Below are positions 1-9,945 of a DNA stretch of 64,000 nt, piece by piece; positions within the stretch are counted from its first letter, which is position 1, and the number at the start of each line of letters is the position of its first letter. Both the position numbers and the translations under genes were made by a program. The stretch is from contig CAVWIP010000017.1 of NCBI GenBank assembly GCA_963755125.1, forward strand, positions 394,082 to 458,081, read 5' to 3'. The stretch comes from an uncultured delta proteobacterium. GTDB lineage: Bacteria > Myxococcota_A > Polyangia > Fen-1088. A model generated the notes under the pieces. The model was not told where the DNA came from and ran no database searches. It was given only the letters and a program-made list of their open reading frames with translations.

Positions 1-135
1 GTGCTGTCGCTGGCTCGCGATCGGCGCCCCCGACCTTCACCCGGGCCGACGGAGCCGTTGCCGGTCAAGGGGCCGCCGCCCGCCAGTCAGCCCATCCCGG
101 CGGGCGAACCCATCGTTCGCAAGCGCCCGGGCTAG
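1..135 (+). CDS. possible 3' end of a gene entering from the left (Pro-rich C-terminus)
   Basis: Frame 1 is open from base 1 to TAG at 133-135; no recognisable motif. Confidence 0.3.
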   Translation: MLSLARDRRPRPSPGPTEPLPVKGPPPASQPIPAGEPIVRKRPG

Positions 136-227
136 CGCCGCCGCTTGTCCGGTCCAGCAACTCCCTGTGGCTCGCGGCCCAGCCAAGGGATCTCCCGGCG
201 GGGGACGGTCTGTGCGATGATAGACCC

Positions 228-623
228 ATGAGATTCTCCGACGTGTGCGTGATGCTGTCGTTCTTGGTGGTCATCGCGGTCATCGCCCGGATGCTGAAGG
301 CCATCCGCTTGCTGGACGGACGCGTGACCCTTTTGCAGGAACAGATTTCGCAGAGCCGCGCAGTCATGAAGAAGGGGGCCGCCGCCAATCCGCGAACGCC
401 CGCGCCGGTGGTGGCACAGACTGCTTACCAGGCGAGAAACTCCGTCCCCGCGCAAAGTCCCGGAGAGGTGACCACCTATGAGATAGAGGAAACCGACGTG
501 GAAACGCTGCTGGCTTCCATGACCGCCGAGCAAGAGCGCATGAAGAAGGCCATGGGGCGTGACTTCCAGGTGCGCCCAGGCAAGCGTTCCGCCGCCGCGA
601 TCCGGGGAAAGCGGGTCGGGTGA
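228..623 (+). CDS. hypothetical membrane-anchored protein
   Basis: 131 aa; N-terminal hydrophobic helix (VMLSFLVVIAVIARML) followed by a coiled-coil-like and acidic segment. Confidence 0.65.
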   Translation: MRFSDVCVMLSFLVVIAVIARMLKAIRLLDGRVTLLQEQISQSRAVMKKGAAANPRTPAPVVAQTAYQARNSVPAQSPGEVTTYEIEETDVETLLASMTAEQERMKKAMGRDFQVRPGKRSAAAIRGKRVG

Positions 624-755
624 GACTGTGCACGAAATCGCCGCTCGGCTGGAAAGGAAGCAGCCCGGGTGGCGAGCCGAAGATAGAGTAAGCAAGTCGT
701 CAGCTGGATAGCGCGAGCGTTCGCTCGCTACCCACGCGCGGAGGCGCTGCCTCGG

Positions 756-1274
756 CTACTTCTCGTCGAGGCGCCGGTTCTTCTTGATCTGATCGAGCGC
801 CTTCTGGTACTCGACTTCCCAGGTCGCGGTTCCCTCTTCCAGGTTCTTGATCCGGCGGCGCACCTCGGCGTCGACCTCGTCGTCCACCAGCATGTGCTTT
901 TTCAGGATGTCGACCATCCGCTTTCGCAGGGTGGCGTCGTCGGCGAAGATTTCTTCGACGTGCAGGGATTGCATGAACGACTCGATGATCTGCGTGGTCA
1001 TCCACTCCAGGCCCTCGTCTCCCAGGCCGAAGCTTTTCTCGTTGGCCAGCGAGCGCTTGACCTTGCCGAACTGCTCGTAGGGCAGGTTGCGTTTTTGCAG
1101 CAGATCCTTCGTTTTGTCGACGATCTCTCGTTCTAGGCGCAGGTACTCCTTCAGCACCGCCTGCACGTCGAGTTCGGCCTCGGCCCGGTCGGTGACCGAG
1201 ATATCTTCCGCGTCGACCAGTGCCTTGATGATCTCGGCACCAATCACGGGGATCTTTCCGGCGTAAAGACGCAT
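756..1274 (-). CDS. DUF507-family protein
   Basis: 172 aa MRLYAGKIPVI...WEVEYQKALDQIK, matching the DUF507 pattern as recalled; upstream TTGACG-N16-TATAGA promoter-like site. Confidence 0.75.
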   Translation of the reverse strand: MRLYAGKIPVIGAEIIKALVDAEDISVTDRAEAELDVQAVLKEYLRLEREIVDKTKDLLQKRNLPYEQFGKVKRSLANEKSFGLGDEGLEWMTTQIIESFMQSLHVEEIFADDATLRKRMVDILKKHMLVDDEVDAEVRRRIKNLEEGTATWEVEYQKALDQIKKNRRLDEK

Positions 1275-1343
1275 GGTTCTTGCGGCTTCTATAGGACCGG
1301 GTGGGGCTCCGTCAAGGAATCACGCCGGCTCCTTTCTCGGAGC

Positions 1344-1371
1344 TTGACAGGAGAGGCCAGGCAAGCAAAAT
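1344..1371 (+). promoter_or_regulatory. putative sigma70 promoter for tRNA-Met
   Basis: TTGACA (1344-1349), 16-nt spacer, CAAAAT (1366-1371), about 60 bp upstream of the tRNA. Confidence 0.45.
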
Positions 1372-1430
1372 CCCCCGGCGTCCCTTTTCGTTTGCTCTTC
1401 GCAGACGCGTGAGCGACGCATCAGACACCC

Positions 1431-1504
1431 GGCGGGTTAGCTCAGTTGGTTAGAGCAGGCGTTTCATACGCGCCGGGCCCTCGGTTCGAGTCCGAGACCC
1501 GCCA
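1431..1504 (+). tRNA. tRNA-Met (CAT), probably elongator
   Basis: Acceptor GGCGGGT/ACCCGCC, D arm GCTC-AGTTGGTTA-GAGC, anticodon loop TTCATAC, T loop GGTTCGAGTCC; G1-C72 pair argues against initiator; CCA not encoded (followed by CAA). Confidence 0.92.
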
Positions 1505-1514
1505 CAATTCGAGA

Positions 1515-1602
1515 TTCCACAGCAGTCCGCGGAAGTCCGGCAACGGGCAAGAATCACGCGGATTTCCCGGGAAATACGGTCCAATAGCGTCCGGGCCGTT
1601 CC
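1515..1602. repeat. 10-bp-phased (G/T)TCC repeats around palindrome ATTTCCCGGGAAAT; possible att-arm relic
   Basis: TTCC 1515, GTCC 1525, GTCC 1535; palindrome 1562-1575; GTCC 1579, GTCC 1589, TTCC 1599. Confidence 0.45.
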
Positions 1603-1699
1603 GTTGACGTAGACAACGTGGTCCCGCTCCGCCCGACGGTCGCTTACCCCAGTGGCTAGCGCCCTCTGTCGTTGGCGAGCGCGGTAGTACGCCCGTGCC

Positions 1700-2059
1700 T
1701 CACGACTTCATTTTCTTCGGTGCGAGTTGCCCCAGGCTGTCGCACAGGGTGCGCCAGTCGTCGCCCGTCTCGGTCAAGAAGATTCCCACGCGCGACGTGA
1801 ATCGTGGGTCGACGCTTTCCATCGTGGTGGCATGCACGATTATTCCTGACACCGTGATCTCGCTCGGTGGCTCCTCGATGCGCACGGTGACCCGGATGCG
1901 GGTGCCCACCGGTCGGGAATCGGGCATGACCAACTGCATGCCGCGCTGACTCGCGTTCACGATGCGCGAGTGGATGGTCGGGCTCAAGACATCGATGGTG
2001 ATGAGGGCGGTCGCCTCAAGCGCCAGCCGGGGTCCGTCAGTGCGTCTCTCCATGGGCAC
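1700..2059 (-). CDS. PilZ domain protein
   Basis: ERRTDGPR (RxxxR-like) and NASQRG (D/NxSxxG) c-di-GMP motifs; C-terminal VGIFL strand. Confidence 0.85.
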   Translation of the reverse strand: MPMERRTDGPRLALEATALITIDVLSPTIHSRIVNASQRGMQLVMPDSRPVGTRIRVTVRIEEPPSEITVSGIIVHATTMESVDPRFTSRVGIFLTETGDDWRTLCDSLGQLAPKKMKS

Positions 2060-2088
2060 CAGGAAAGCGTCTCCCGTCGCCCGAATCG

Positions 2089-2934
2089 CTACTTCTTCTT
2101 GGCCTTGGTTGCCGTCGAATCATCACCGGCCGCGGGTGCGGCCGCAGGAGCAGGCGGCGTGCTTGCGGGCGCGGTGCTCTTGGACGGGGAAGCTGCGGCA
2201 CCGGCGGGTGGCGCTTCCGGGGCCGCGTCGGCTGTTTCGGGATTGCGTTCCCACTTGTCCGCCCGGCCTGATCCAGTCGTGTCCGTCCCGATGCGGTCCA
2301 GACGACCATTTTCGTAGTACTGCCATTCGTCGGGTTTGCCGTCGCCGTTGCTGTCGCGCTCGATGCGAACCAGCTTTCCGCCCTCGTAGAATTCCACGTA
2401 GTCGGGCTTGCCGTCGCCATCCATGTCGCGCTCCATGCGCACCTTCTTGCCGTCCTGATAGTAGACCCGCTCGTCGAACTTGCCGTCGAAGTCCAGATCG
2501 AAATCCTCAGTCATAAGCAACCCGCCCGGACCGTAGCTGTAGATGATGTCCATCTTGCCGTCGTGGTTGAGGTCGACCTGGCGACAGGTCATCTGCTGGA
2601 CCTTCTGTCCACCCTGTTCCACCACCGTGTAAAGCTTGATGACATCAGGCTTGCCGTCGCCGTTGGTGTCCGCGGTGATCACCTGCTTGCCCTTGTCATC
2701 ACAACGTGAGCGGTCGAACTGGGCGCCGAAGTCGCCTTGACTGAACTTGAGCCCACTGCTGGCGGCGCCAGGTGAGGCTGCGGCGTTGCTGCCGCCACAG
2801 CCCGAGGCCGCAAGGGCCACGGTGCAGCAGGCCAACCAGATTACTAGAATTTCGCGGGACGCCCCGCGCCCGCGTGACGATGCATGACAAGCGAACATGC
2901 GGCATAGGCTAGGCCCAAAAAAATGTGGCAGCAA
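2089..2934 (-). CDS. lipoprotein with tandem Dx[DN]xDGxxD Ca-binding-type repeats (true start likely downstream)
   Basis: Lipobox-like ALAASG-C; repeats DTNGDGKPD, DLNHDGKMD, DLDFDGKFD, DMDGDGKPD, DSNGDGKPD, DTTGSGRAD; Pro/Ala tail. Confidence 0.75.
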   Translation of the reverse strand: MLPHFFGPSLCRMFACHASSRGRGASREILVIWLACCTVALAASGCGGSNAAASPGAASSGLKFSQGDFGAQFDRSRCDDKGKQVITADTNGDGKPDVIKLYTVVEQGGQKVQQMTCRQVDLNHDGKMDIIYSYGPGGLLMTEDFDLDFDGKFDERVYYQDGKKVRMERDMDGDGKPDYVEFYEGGKLVRIERDSNGDGKPDEWQYYENGRLDRIGTDTTGSGRADKWERNPETADAAPEAPPAGAAASPSKSTAPASTPPAPAAAPAAGDDSTATKAKKK

Positions 2935-3153
2935 GTCCCATTGATTGTCGCTGCCATGCCGCGATAGGCGATTGTCGCGTGGGGAGCCCGCTGGCTTCGT
3001 CGGCGGCGCACCATCGCGGGAGCGTATGGCGAGGCCGAGCGCGAGGGCGCGAGCGCAGCGAGCGGGTGTGGTGGGGAAGGTGCAGGTCCCGAAGTCCCCG
3101 AAGGGGGAAGCGAGCGGGGTAGGGGTGGCAGGTGGGGGCCGAAGGGCGGAGCG

Positions 3154-3251
3154 AACCCTTTGAGGGTTCCCATGATCGCGTCGGCGAAGGCGGGCTTAGC
3201 CCGCCGGAGCCAGAGCGCGGGAGGGGTTGGAAACCCTTTGAGGGTTCCCAT
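3154..3251. repeat. two direct copies of REP-like palindrome AACCCT-TTG-AGGGTT-CCCAT
   Basis: Identical 20-mers at 3154-3173 and 3232-3251; hairpin GGCGGGC-TTA-GCCCGCC between them. Confidence 0.8.
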
Positions 3252-3256
3252 CTTGA

Positions 3257-3291
3257 TTGACTGCTGACGTATGGTCATGCATGGTCCCGTC
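3257..3291 (+). promoter_or_regulatory. putative leaderless promoter of the RHH-lepA-lepB unit
   Basis: TTGACT-N17-CATGGT-N6-ATG(3292); repeated ATGGTC/CATG motifs overlap the -10. Confidence 0.45.
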
Positions 3292-3477
3292 ATGGCGCGG
3301 AAGAAGGTTTCGACAACCGTGTACATCACGCCGGAGCAGGACGAGCTTCTCAAGCTGCTGCACCACAAGACCAAGGTGCCGGTCGCGGAATACATCCGCC
3401 AGGGAATCGACCTGGTGCTCGACCGGGAAAAGAGTCATCTTCCCGGGCAACTTTTCCTCGACGTCGTTCGCCGGTAG
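3292..3477 (+). CDS. ribbon-helix-helix DNA-binding protein
   Basis: MARKKVSTTVYITPEQDELLKLLHHKTKVPVAEYIRQGIDLVL: beta-ribbon plus two helices. Confidence 0.85.
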   Translation: MARKKVSTTVYITPEQDELLKLLHHKTKVPVAEYIRQGIDLVLDREKSHLPGQLFLDVVRR

Positions 3478-3483
3478 CTGTCA

Positions 3484-5286
3484 GTGCCGACCCCCATCCA
3501 ACAGATACGGAACTTCTCTATCATCGCGCACATCGATCACGGCAAGTCGACCCTGGCGGATCGCTTGCTCGACGCAACCGGCGCCCTGACTGCGCGCGAG
3601 CAGAAGGCGCAGTTTCTCGACAACATGGAGCTGGAACGCGAGCGAGGTATCACCATCAAGGCGGCCACCGTGCGGCTTAGCTACAAGGCCGCCGACGGGC
3701 AAACCTATGAGCTGAATCTCATCGATACCCCGGGCCACGTGGATTTCCACTATGAGGTGTCGCGTTCGTTGGCCGCGTGCGAGGGTGCGCTGCTGGTGGT
3801 GGATGCTTCGCAGGGCGTGGAGGCGCAGACCCTGGCCAATGTCTACCTGGCGACCGAGCACAATCTCGCTATCGTGCCGGTGATCAACAAGATCGATCTG
3901 CCATCGGCTGACCCCGAAGGCGCCAAGCGCCAGATCGAAGAAGTCATCGGCATCGATGCGTCGGGATCCATTCTCGCTTCAGCCAAGGATGGGCGCGGCA
4001 TCGCGGACATTTTGGAAGCCGTGGTCGCGCGTATCCCCCCGCCTGTGGGGTCTCTGGCCAAGCCGCTCAAGGTGCTGCTCCTCGATAGCTGGTACGACAG
4101 CTATCGAGGCGTGGTGCTGCTGGTGCGGGTGGTCGACGGCACCCTGCGAGCGAAACAGAAGATTCGTCTGATGGCGGCGGCGCGCGACTACGAGATCGTG
4201 TCCCTGGGCGCGTTTGCGCCGTTTGCCACTGACGTGGCCGAGCTGGGGCCGGGCGAGGTGGGATTCATCACCGCCGCCATCAAGGAAGTGGCCGACGCGC
4301 GCGTGGGTGACACCATCACGGAGGCGAGCAAGCCCTGCGAGGCGCCCCTGCCTGGCTTTCAGCCGGCTAAGCCCATGGTGTTCGCGGGCATCTTCCCGAC
4401 CGATCCGGCGCGCTACGAGGATCTGCGCGATGCTCTCGACAAGCTGCGCCTGAACGACGCCTCGTTCAGCCGCGAGCCTGAAGTGTCGGCGGCGCTTGGC
4501 TTTGGCTTTCGCTGCGGCTTCCTCGGCTTGCTTCACATGGAGATCGTCCAGGAACGGCTGGAGCGCGAGTACAATCTGGATCTGGTCACCACCGCGCCCA
4601 CCGTTCGTTTCCGGATCGTGCTGCGCAATGGGGACATCGTCGACCTGGACAATCCTGCCAAGTTCCCGGCGGAAGGCGAGATCGACCACATCGAGGAGCC
4701 GATGATCGCGGCGGTCATCCACACGCCGCCCGAGTTTGTGGGTGGGCTGCTCAAGCTGTGTCAGGAGCGGCGGGGCACCCAGACCAGCCTCAGTTACGCT
4801 GGCGAGAAGCGCGTGATCATTCGCTACGATCTGCCGCTCACCGAGGTGGTGTTCGGATTCTACGACCGCATGAAATCCGTGTCGCGCGGTTATGCCTCGC
4901 TCGACTACGAGCCCAAGGGCTACCAGCCGGCGGATTTGGTGCGGCTGGACCTGTTGGTGAACGGCGACCGAGTCGATTCGCTGTCCGCGGTGGTCCACCG
5001 CGAAACCTCGTACATCAAGGGCCGCGACCTGTGCATCAAGATGAAGGAACTGATCCCGATGCAACAGTTCGAGGTCGCCATCCAGGCTGCGCTGGGCTCG
5101 CGTGTGATTGCCAAGACCGTGGTGAAGGCCTTGCGCAAGAACGTGACCGCGAAGTGCTACGGCGGCGACATCACCCGCAAGCGCAAGTTGTTAGAGAAGC
5201 AGAAGGAAGGTAAGAAGCGGATGAAGCAGGTGGGAAACGTGGAAATTCCGCAAGAGGCATTCCTGGCCATTCTCAAGGTCGAATGA
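3484..5286 (+). CDS. lepA: elongation factor 4 (LepA)
   Basis: [30 protein letters not shown]-terminal [25 protein letters not shown]. Confidence 0.99.
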   Translation: MPTPIQQIRNFSIIAHIDHGKSTLADRLLDATGALTAREQKAQFLDNMELERERGITIKAATVRLSYKAADGQTYELNLIDTPGHVDFHYEVSRSLAACEGALLVVDASQGVEAQTLANVYLATEHNLAIVPVINKIDLPSADPEGAKRQIEEVIGIDASGSILASAKDGRGIADILEAVVARIPPPVGSLAKPLKVLLLDSWYDSYRGVVLLVRVVDGTLRAKQKIRLMAAARDYEIVSLGAFAPFATDVAELGPGEVGFITAAIKEVADARVGDTITEASKPCEAPLPGFQPAKPMVFAGIFPTDPARYEDLRDALDKLRLNDASFSREPEVSAALGFGFRCGFLGLLHMEIVQERLEREYNLDLVTTAPTVRFRIVLRNGDIVDLDNPAKFPAEGEIDHIEEPMIAAVIHTPPEFVGGLLKLCQERRGTQTSLSYAGEKRVIIRYDLPLTEVVFGFYDRMKSVSRGYASLDYEPKGYQPADLVRLDLLVNGDRVDSLSAVVHRETSYIKGRDLCIKMKELIPMQQFEVAIQAALGSRVIAKTVVKALRKNVTAKCYGGDITRKRKLLEKQKEGKKRMKQVGNVEIPQEAFLAILKVE

Positions 5287-6257
5287 ACATGGTGAGCAAA
5301 CTATGGTCCGCGTGGCGGACGCACAAGTCCTGGAATCGGGCGCGCGACGAGGGCAAGCATCTGGTGAAAGAGTCGCGGCGCATCTTGAGGCGGAGGAGCT
5401 ATCGCATTCCGCAGACGGTGGCCGGAGAGATCGAGGCGGCGGTGGCCGACGTCGAGTCAGCCGGTAAGGGCGAAGACTTCGAGCGCCTGCGCGAGGCCAT
5501 CGCGACCCTCGACGAGCGCATGGACAAGCACCTGGCCTTTGCGCGCAAGTCGACCGCACGCGAGTACGCCGAATCGATCGGGGTGGCCCTGGCCGTGGCC
5601 CTGCTCCTGCGCGCCTTCGTGGTGGAGGCTTTCCAGATCCCGTCGGGGTCGATGATCCCGACCCTGGAGATCGGAGACCACATCTTCGTGTCGAAGTTCG
5701 CCTACGGCATCGGGATTCCGTTCACCAACAAGAAGGTGATGGAGTTCGGCGATCCCAAGCGCGGCGATATCATCGTCTTTCGCTACCCGCCGGACCCTTC
5801 GACGGACTTCATCAAGCGCGTGGTGGGTCTGCCAGGCGATCTGGTCGAACTCCGCCACAATCAGGTCTTCATCAACGGTCAACCCATGCCGCGCGAGCGC
5901 ACCGTCGGCACTTGTCGCTACAACGAGGGTCGCAGCCCCGAGGAGGCGCGCGACTGCGAATTGTGGATCGAGATCCTCGGCAGCAAGGCCCACAAGATCT
6001 ACCAGGATCCGAATCAGCCGCCGCAGGACTGGGGCCCCCGGCTGGTGCCTCCGCGCAGCGTCTTCGTCATGGGCGACAACCGCGACAACTCGCGCGACTC
6101 TCGCGTCTGGGGTTTTGTGCCCTACGACAACGTCAAGGGCCGGGCGCTGGTGGTTTGGTGGTCGCGTGATCCGGCGTACGGCGGGTGGTCACCCGAAGGC
6201 GTGGCCGAATGGTTCAAGTCCATTCGCCTCTCTCGTTTCTTCAGCGTGGTCAGATAA
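5283..6257 (+). CDS. lepB: signal peptidase I with N-terminal helical extension
   Basis: [10 protein letters not shown] (Ser), [11 protein letters not shown] (Lys), [16 protein letters not shown] overlap with lepA. Confidence 0.97.
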   Translation: MNMVSKLWSAWRTHKSWNRARDEGKHLVKESRRILRRRSYRIPQTVAGEIEAAVADVESAGKGEDFERLREAIATLDERMDKHLAFARKSTAREYAESIGVALAVALLLRAFVVEAFQIPSGSMIPTLEIGDHIFVSKFAYGIGIPFTNKKVMEFGDPKRGDIIVFRYPPDPSTDFIKRVVGLPGDLVELRHNQVFINGQPMPRERTVGTCRYNEGRSPEEARDCELWIEILGSKAHKIYQDPNQPPQDWGPRLVPPRSVFVMGDNRDNSRDSRVWGFVPYDNVKGRALVVWWSRDPAYGGWSPEGVAEWFKSIRLSRFFSVVR

Positions 6258-6292
6258 CCGGCCGCCGACTCCGGCCACCGGCCTACAGCCTG

Positions 6293-7573
6293 CTATCGCG
6301 ACAGTAGATAGATCGCCGTTCCCACCACGACCAGAATGGCTCCGACCACCACCACCACGCGCTTGGCTTCCCGACGCACGGGAGCGGCATCCAGCGTCGC
6401 GAGCACGTCGGCGATGTTTTGGCGAAGCGCCGCGGCGCTCGCGTGTCGGTCATTGCGAGCCTTGGCCACCATCTTCAGCACTACTTCATCGACCGCAGCC
6501 GGGATTGCCAAATCGGGTCGCAGGCTGGATGGGGCAGGGGGTGGATCCTGCAGGTGGAACTGGATGACTTCGGTGGTGCTCTTCGCGCCCTTGAACGGGA
6601 GTTGTCCGGTGAGCATCTCGTAGGCGACCATGCCGAGCGCATAGATGTCCGAACGCCCGTCGAGCGCCTTGCCGCGCAGTTGTTCGGGCGACATGAATTC
6701 CAGAGTGCCCACGGTTTGGCCGATGGCCGTCAGGGCGGGCACGATCTTGCTCCCGTCACCCGACAGGATCTTGGCGATGCCAAAGTCGAGCACCTTGACG
6801 AAATCCGCCTCGCCGCGCCGCTCGACCATGATGTTTTCGGGCTTCATGTCACGATGGACGATGCCCTTGTCGTGCGCCTCGCCCAACGCCTCCGCGACCT
6901 GGTCCAAGATGCACAGGGCGCGGCCCGGTTCGATGACGCCATCGCGGTGCTGGATCTCCTGCAGGCTCTCGCCCCGGACCAGCTCCATGGCCAGGTAGAG
7001 CACTCCGTCCTCGGTCTGGTCGAAATCGTAGATGGTGACGGTGTGCGGGTTGCGGAGCTGCGAGCATGCCTCGGCTTCGCGCCGGAAACGGGCCACGACC
7101 GTTGCGTCGGCCACGCTGTGGGGGTGGAGGATCTTGAGCGCCACCGGCCGACCGGTGGCAAGCTGCTTACCTTCGAAGACTGCGCCAAAGCCTCCTTCGC
7201 CGATCTTGCGCTCGACCCGGTAGCGGTTGTTCAGCGTCCGACCCATCAGGTCGTTCAGGGAGCTCGGGCGGGGCGTGACGGCAATCGGAGGCGGCGTGAC
7301 CGGACGAACTGCCATCGGGGTCGGTGTGAGCGGACGCGCGGCAACCGGCCCCGATCGTCCGCTCAGTGGCGAACCGGTGTGGGGCACGGGCACGCCGGAT
7401 GCGGGACTCATCACGCGCACGCCGGCGGGCTGGGACAGGGCAGGGTCGAGAACTCGTTCCAGTGACCGGTCGAGCTTTCCGGAGACAACTGGGATGGGCG
7501 CACCGCAGACGCCGCAGAAGCGAGCCTGTGGCTCGGCGGCGGTCTTGCACTGGGCGCATAGCCTGGTTGCCAT
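6293..7573 (-). CDS. Hanks-type Ser/Thr protein kinase with N-terminal zinc ribbon and C-terminal TM helix
   Basis: CxxC...CxxC; GEGGFG, VALK, HRDMKPEN, DFG, GTLEFMSPE, SDIYALG. Confidence 0.96.
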   Translation of the reverse strand: MATRLCAQCKTAAEPQARFCGVCGAPIPVVSGKLDRSLERVLDPALSQPAGVRVMSPASGVPVPHTGSPLSGRSGPVAARPLTPTPMAVRPVTPPPIAVTPRPSSLNDLMGRTLNNRYRVERKIGEGGFGAVFEGKQLATGRPVALKILHPHSVADATVVARFRREAEACSQLRNPHTVTIYDFDQTEDGVLYLAMELVRGESLQEIQHRDGVIEPGRALCILDQVAEALGEAHDKGIVHRDMKPENIMVERRGEADFVKVLDFGIAKILSGDGSKIVPALTAIGQTVGTLEFMSPEQLRGKALDGRSDIYALGMVAYEMLTGQLPFKGAKSTTEVIQFHLQDPPPAPSSLRPDLAIPAAVDEVVLKMVAKARNDRHASAAALRQNIADVLATLDAAPVRREAKRVVVVVGAILVVVGTAIYLLSR

Positions 7574-7586
7574 GGGTTCCCGAAAC

Positions 7587-8852
7587 CTAGGGCTCTGTCC
7601 CGGCGTCGGCCGGACGGTCGGACGCCCCCAGCATCAGCGGACTCACAGGCGAAGGTGGAGCGGTCGACGGTGACGCCAGCTTGCCGTGCGAGGCGAGGCT
7701 GGCTCTCTCGAAGTTGCGATCCGGTATCCTGGCACGCTGGGCGACCAGAAACAGGGCCCCGGCCAGCGCCGCCAGCAGGGTGACGAGAACGAAGGCAAGC
7801 AGAGAGCGAGCCTCCGGGATGGGCTGCGCGGGCGCGGCTTGCGCCTCGGGACGTCGGGTGTTGGCCGTGGGCTCCTCGGGCGCCATCACGTCGGACATGG
7901 TGGACCGCAATTCTTGCGCGGAGCTGGTGTCGCCGGTCACCCTGTCGGGCGTGGCCGGGCGTCTTGCAGGCTCGGGGTCTTCCGGATCCTGACCCGGGTC
8001 GTAGGGAAGGAAGCTCACTTGGTCATCGGCGCCCGGTTCGGGCAAGCCTGGACCGTCGAAGCGGGCGAGGACCACGGTGATGTTGTCGGGGCCGTCGTGG
8101 GCGTTGGCGCACGCGATAAGCTGATCGCAAGCCTTTCTCACGTCGGGCTCATCGAGCAGGATGCGTTTGATTTCCTCGTCGCTGACCGGGCCGTGCAATC
8201 CATCCGAGCAAACCAGAACGACATCGCCGCGACGGAGCGGAACCTGTGACAGCACGACCTCGACCTTTTCCTGCACGCCCAGCGCCTGCAGGATGATGTT
8301 GGCGTGCTCGAAGCCCTTGGCCTCTTCCAGTGTCATGGCGCCGGCTTCGATGAGCTGCCAGGCCAGAGACTGGTCCTTGGTGGTTTGGCTTAGTTGACCG
8401 GCACGCAGCACGTAGCAGCGCGAGTCCCCGATCTGCCCTATCAGCAGGGTTGCGTCGACCAGCCCGACCGCGGTGCAGGTCGTCCCCATGCCGCGTTCGC
8501 TCTGGTTGTCGCGCGATTGGGCGAAGATGCCGTCGTTGGCATCCTCGATGGCACGGCGCACACGACGCGCGAAACGTTCCCGCGACAGCGTCCCGGCGCT
8601 GCCGACCGCCGATGAAATGGATTCGACAGCCATGTTCGAGGCGACCTCGCCCGCTGCGGCCCCGCCCATGCCGTCGCACACCAGGAACAGGGCGCCCTTC
8701 TCTCCCAGCGAAAATTCGAGTGAGGCGTCGGGCGAAGGCTTTTGCGCGCCGGCGAAGTCCACCACGAGGAAGTTGTCCTCGTTGTGCTCGCGCATCAGGC
8801 CGACGTCGGTCTTGCCGTAGACCGTGATCTTGATTTCAGGAGAGATTGCCAT
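7587..8852 (-). CDS. PP2C/Stp1-family Ser/Thr phosphatase with C-terminal TM helix
   Basis: REHNED, CDGMGG, IGDSRCY, CSDGL, GPDNIT. Confidence 0.95.
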   Translation of the reverse strand: MAISPEIKITVYGKTDVGLMREHNEDNFLVVDFAGAQKPSPDASLEFSLGEKGALFLVCDGMGGAAAGEVASNMAVESISSAVGSAGTLSRERFARRVRRAIEDANDGIFAQSRDNQSERGMGTTCTAVGLVDATLLIGQIGDSRCYVLRAGQLSQTTKDQSLAWQLIEAGAMTLEEAKGFEHANIILQALGVQEKVEVVLSQVPLRRGDVVLVCSDGLHGPVSDEEIKRILLDEPDVRKACDQLIACANAHDGPDNITVVLARFDGPGLPEPGADDQVSFLPYDPGQDPEDPEPARRPATPDRVTGDTSSAQELRSTMSDVMAPEEPTANTRRPEAQAAPAQPIPEARSLLAFVLVTLLAALAGALFLVAQRARIPDRNFERASLASHGKLASPSTAPPSPVSPLMLGASDRPADAGTEP

Positions 8853-8904
8853 CGGCGGGGCTCTGACTCGTCGTGATCTGTCGCCTCTTCCTATTAGCTT
8901 CGCC

Positions 8905-9813
8905 TCAACCTATCTCGAAGCGCAAGAGTTCATCGCCTAGTCGAATCATTTCTCCTGGGGAGAGGGCGTGTTGCCCGGTCAGGCGGACAAAGGTGCCGTT
9001 CGAGCTGCCCAGGTCGGAGAGGAGAGCAACGCCACCGCGGAACTGAAGCAGCGCGTGGCGGCGCGACATGAATTCATCGTCGGAGAAGACCATATCGCCT
9101 TGCTCGCGACCGATGACCAGATCGCTGCGGGTCAGGTGGAATACGTCACGGCTGGTCCCCGCCGAGGTGAGCTGACGCAGCCGTCCCCAGGGCGCCTTAA
9201 GCGGCGTGCCGAACAGGACCACGCCGTGCTCGACGGCAGGACGCAGGGTCTTCTCGACGTCGGACAGAAACTCGAAGCGCATGACCTGCTTGCCCACCAG
9301 GATCAGGCTGCCGTCGGCCAATTCCACCGGTTGGCTGATGCGGCGGTAGACGCCGTTGCGGGTTTCCAGCGGCGTGAGCACGTGCTGGCCCGCGCGTAGG
9401 CTGATGCGGGCATGGCGTGGGGCGAGGTGCGGATCATCGAAGTGGAGATCGCCTTCACTGCGTCCGATGTCGACTTGCTCGCCGGGCAGTGGGTATGATT
9501 CGCCGTCACTGCCATCGGGTCGCACGGCCACCAGGCGTGGCCCGCCGGACCGACTGGCGGCCACGACCGACGGTCGGGCCACCACTGCCGCGGCCAGGGC
9601 AGCCGAGGCGTCCGCGTTCATCGGGGTGGTGCGGCCGAGTCGGCGCCCGCAGGCGTGGCAGAAGTTGGTCCCCATCGGGTTCTGGTTCCCACACCCGGAG
9701 CAGACCAGCGATGAGTCGTCCGCGGGCGGCAGCCCCACGGGGGCGCCGCAGCGCTGGCAAAAGGCAGCGCCATCCGCGAGAGCCCCGCCACATTGGAGAC
9801 AGCTAATGAGCAT
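8905..9813 (-). CDS. double zinc ribbon + two FHA domain protein
   Basis: Four CxxC; FHA1 IGR..LAPRHA..TRNG; FHA2 IGR..MSRRHA..SSNGT. Confidence 0.92.
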   Translation of the reverse strand: MLISCLQCGGALADGAAFCQRCGAPVGLPPADDSSLVCSGCGNQNPMGTNFCHACGRRLGRTTPMNADASAALAAAVVARPSVVAASRSGGPRLVAVRPDGSDGESYPLPGEQVDIGRSEGDLHFDDPHLAPRHARISLRAGQHVLTPLETRNGVYRRISQPVELADGSLILVGKQVMRFEFLSDVEKTLRPAVEHGVVLFGTPLKAPWGRLRQLTSAGTSRDVFHLTRSDLVIGREQGDMVFSDDEFMSRRHALLQFRGGVALLSDLGSSNGTFVRLTGQHALSPGEMIRLGDELLRFEIG

Positions 9814-9945
9814 CTTCCCTAGTCGTTGCTAGAAAGGGCCGGCGAACATTGCAAGGCAGCCCATCCTCTACTAGAAGGCGAGCGGGACGTTCACTGTCGA
9901 GACGGGCATGACACCCACCCATTCACCGTGCAGCAACTAATACCA

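Noticed and set aside
640..675. SRP RNA (GGAAGCAGC motif)
   Set aside because: Lacks the CAGG-NCC-GNRA-GG-AAGCAG domain IV arrangement; only a short GGCTG/CAGCC hairpin between convergent genes
1431..1504. Initiator tRNA-fMet or tRNA-Ile2 identity
   Set aside because: Paired G1-C72 and no GGG/CCC anticodon stem exclude initiator; a GGC-start acceptor without C4/C5 favours elongator Met, though Ile2 needs tRNAscan-SE to exclude
3154..3251. CRISPR array from the two identical 20-bp palindromic repeats
   Set aside because: Only two units, a 58-bp structured spacer, no cas genes, and a dispersed third copy; fits a REP-like repeat better
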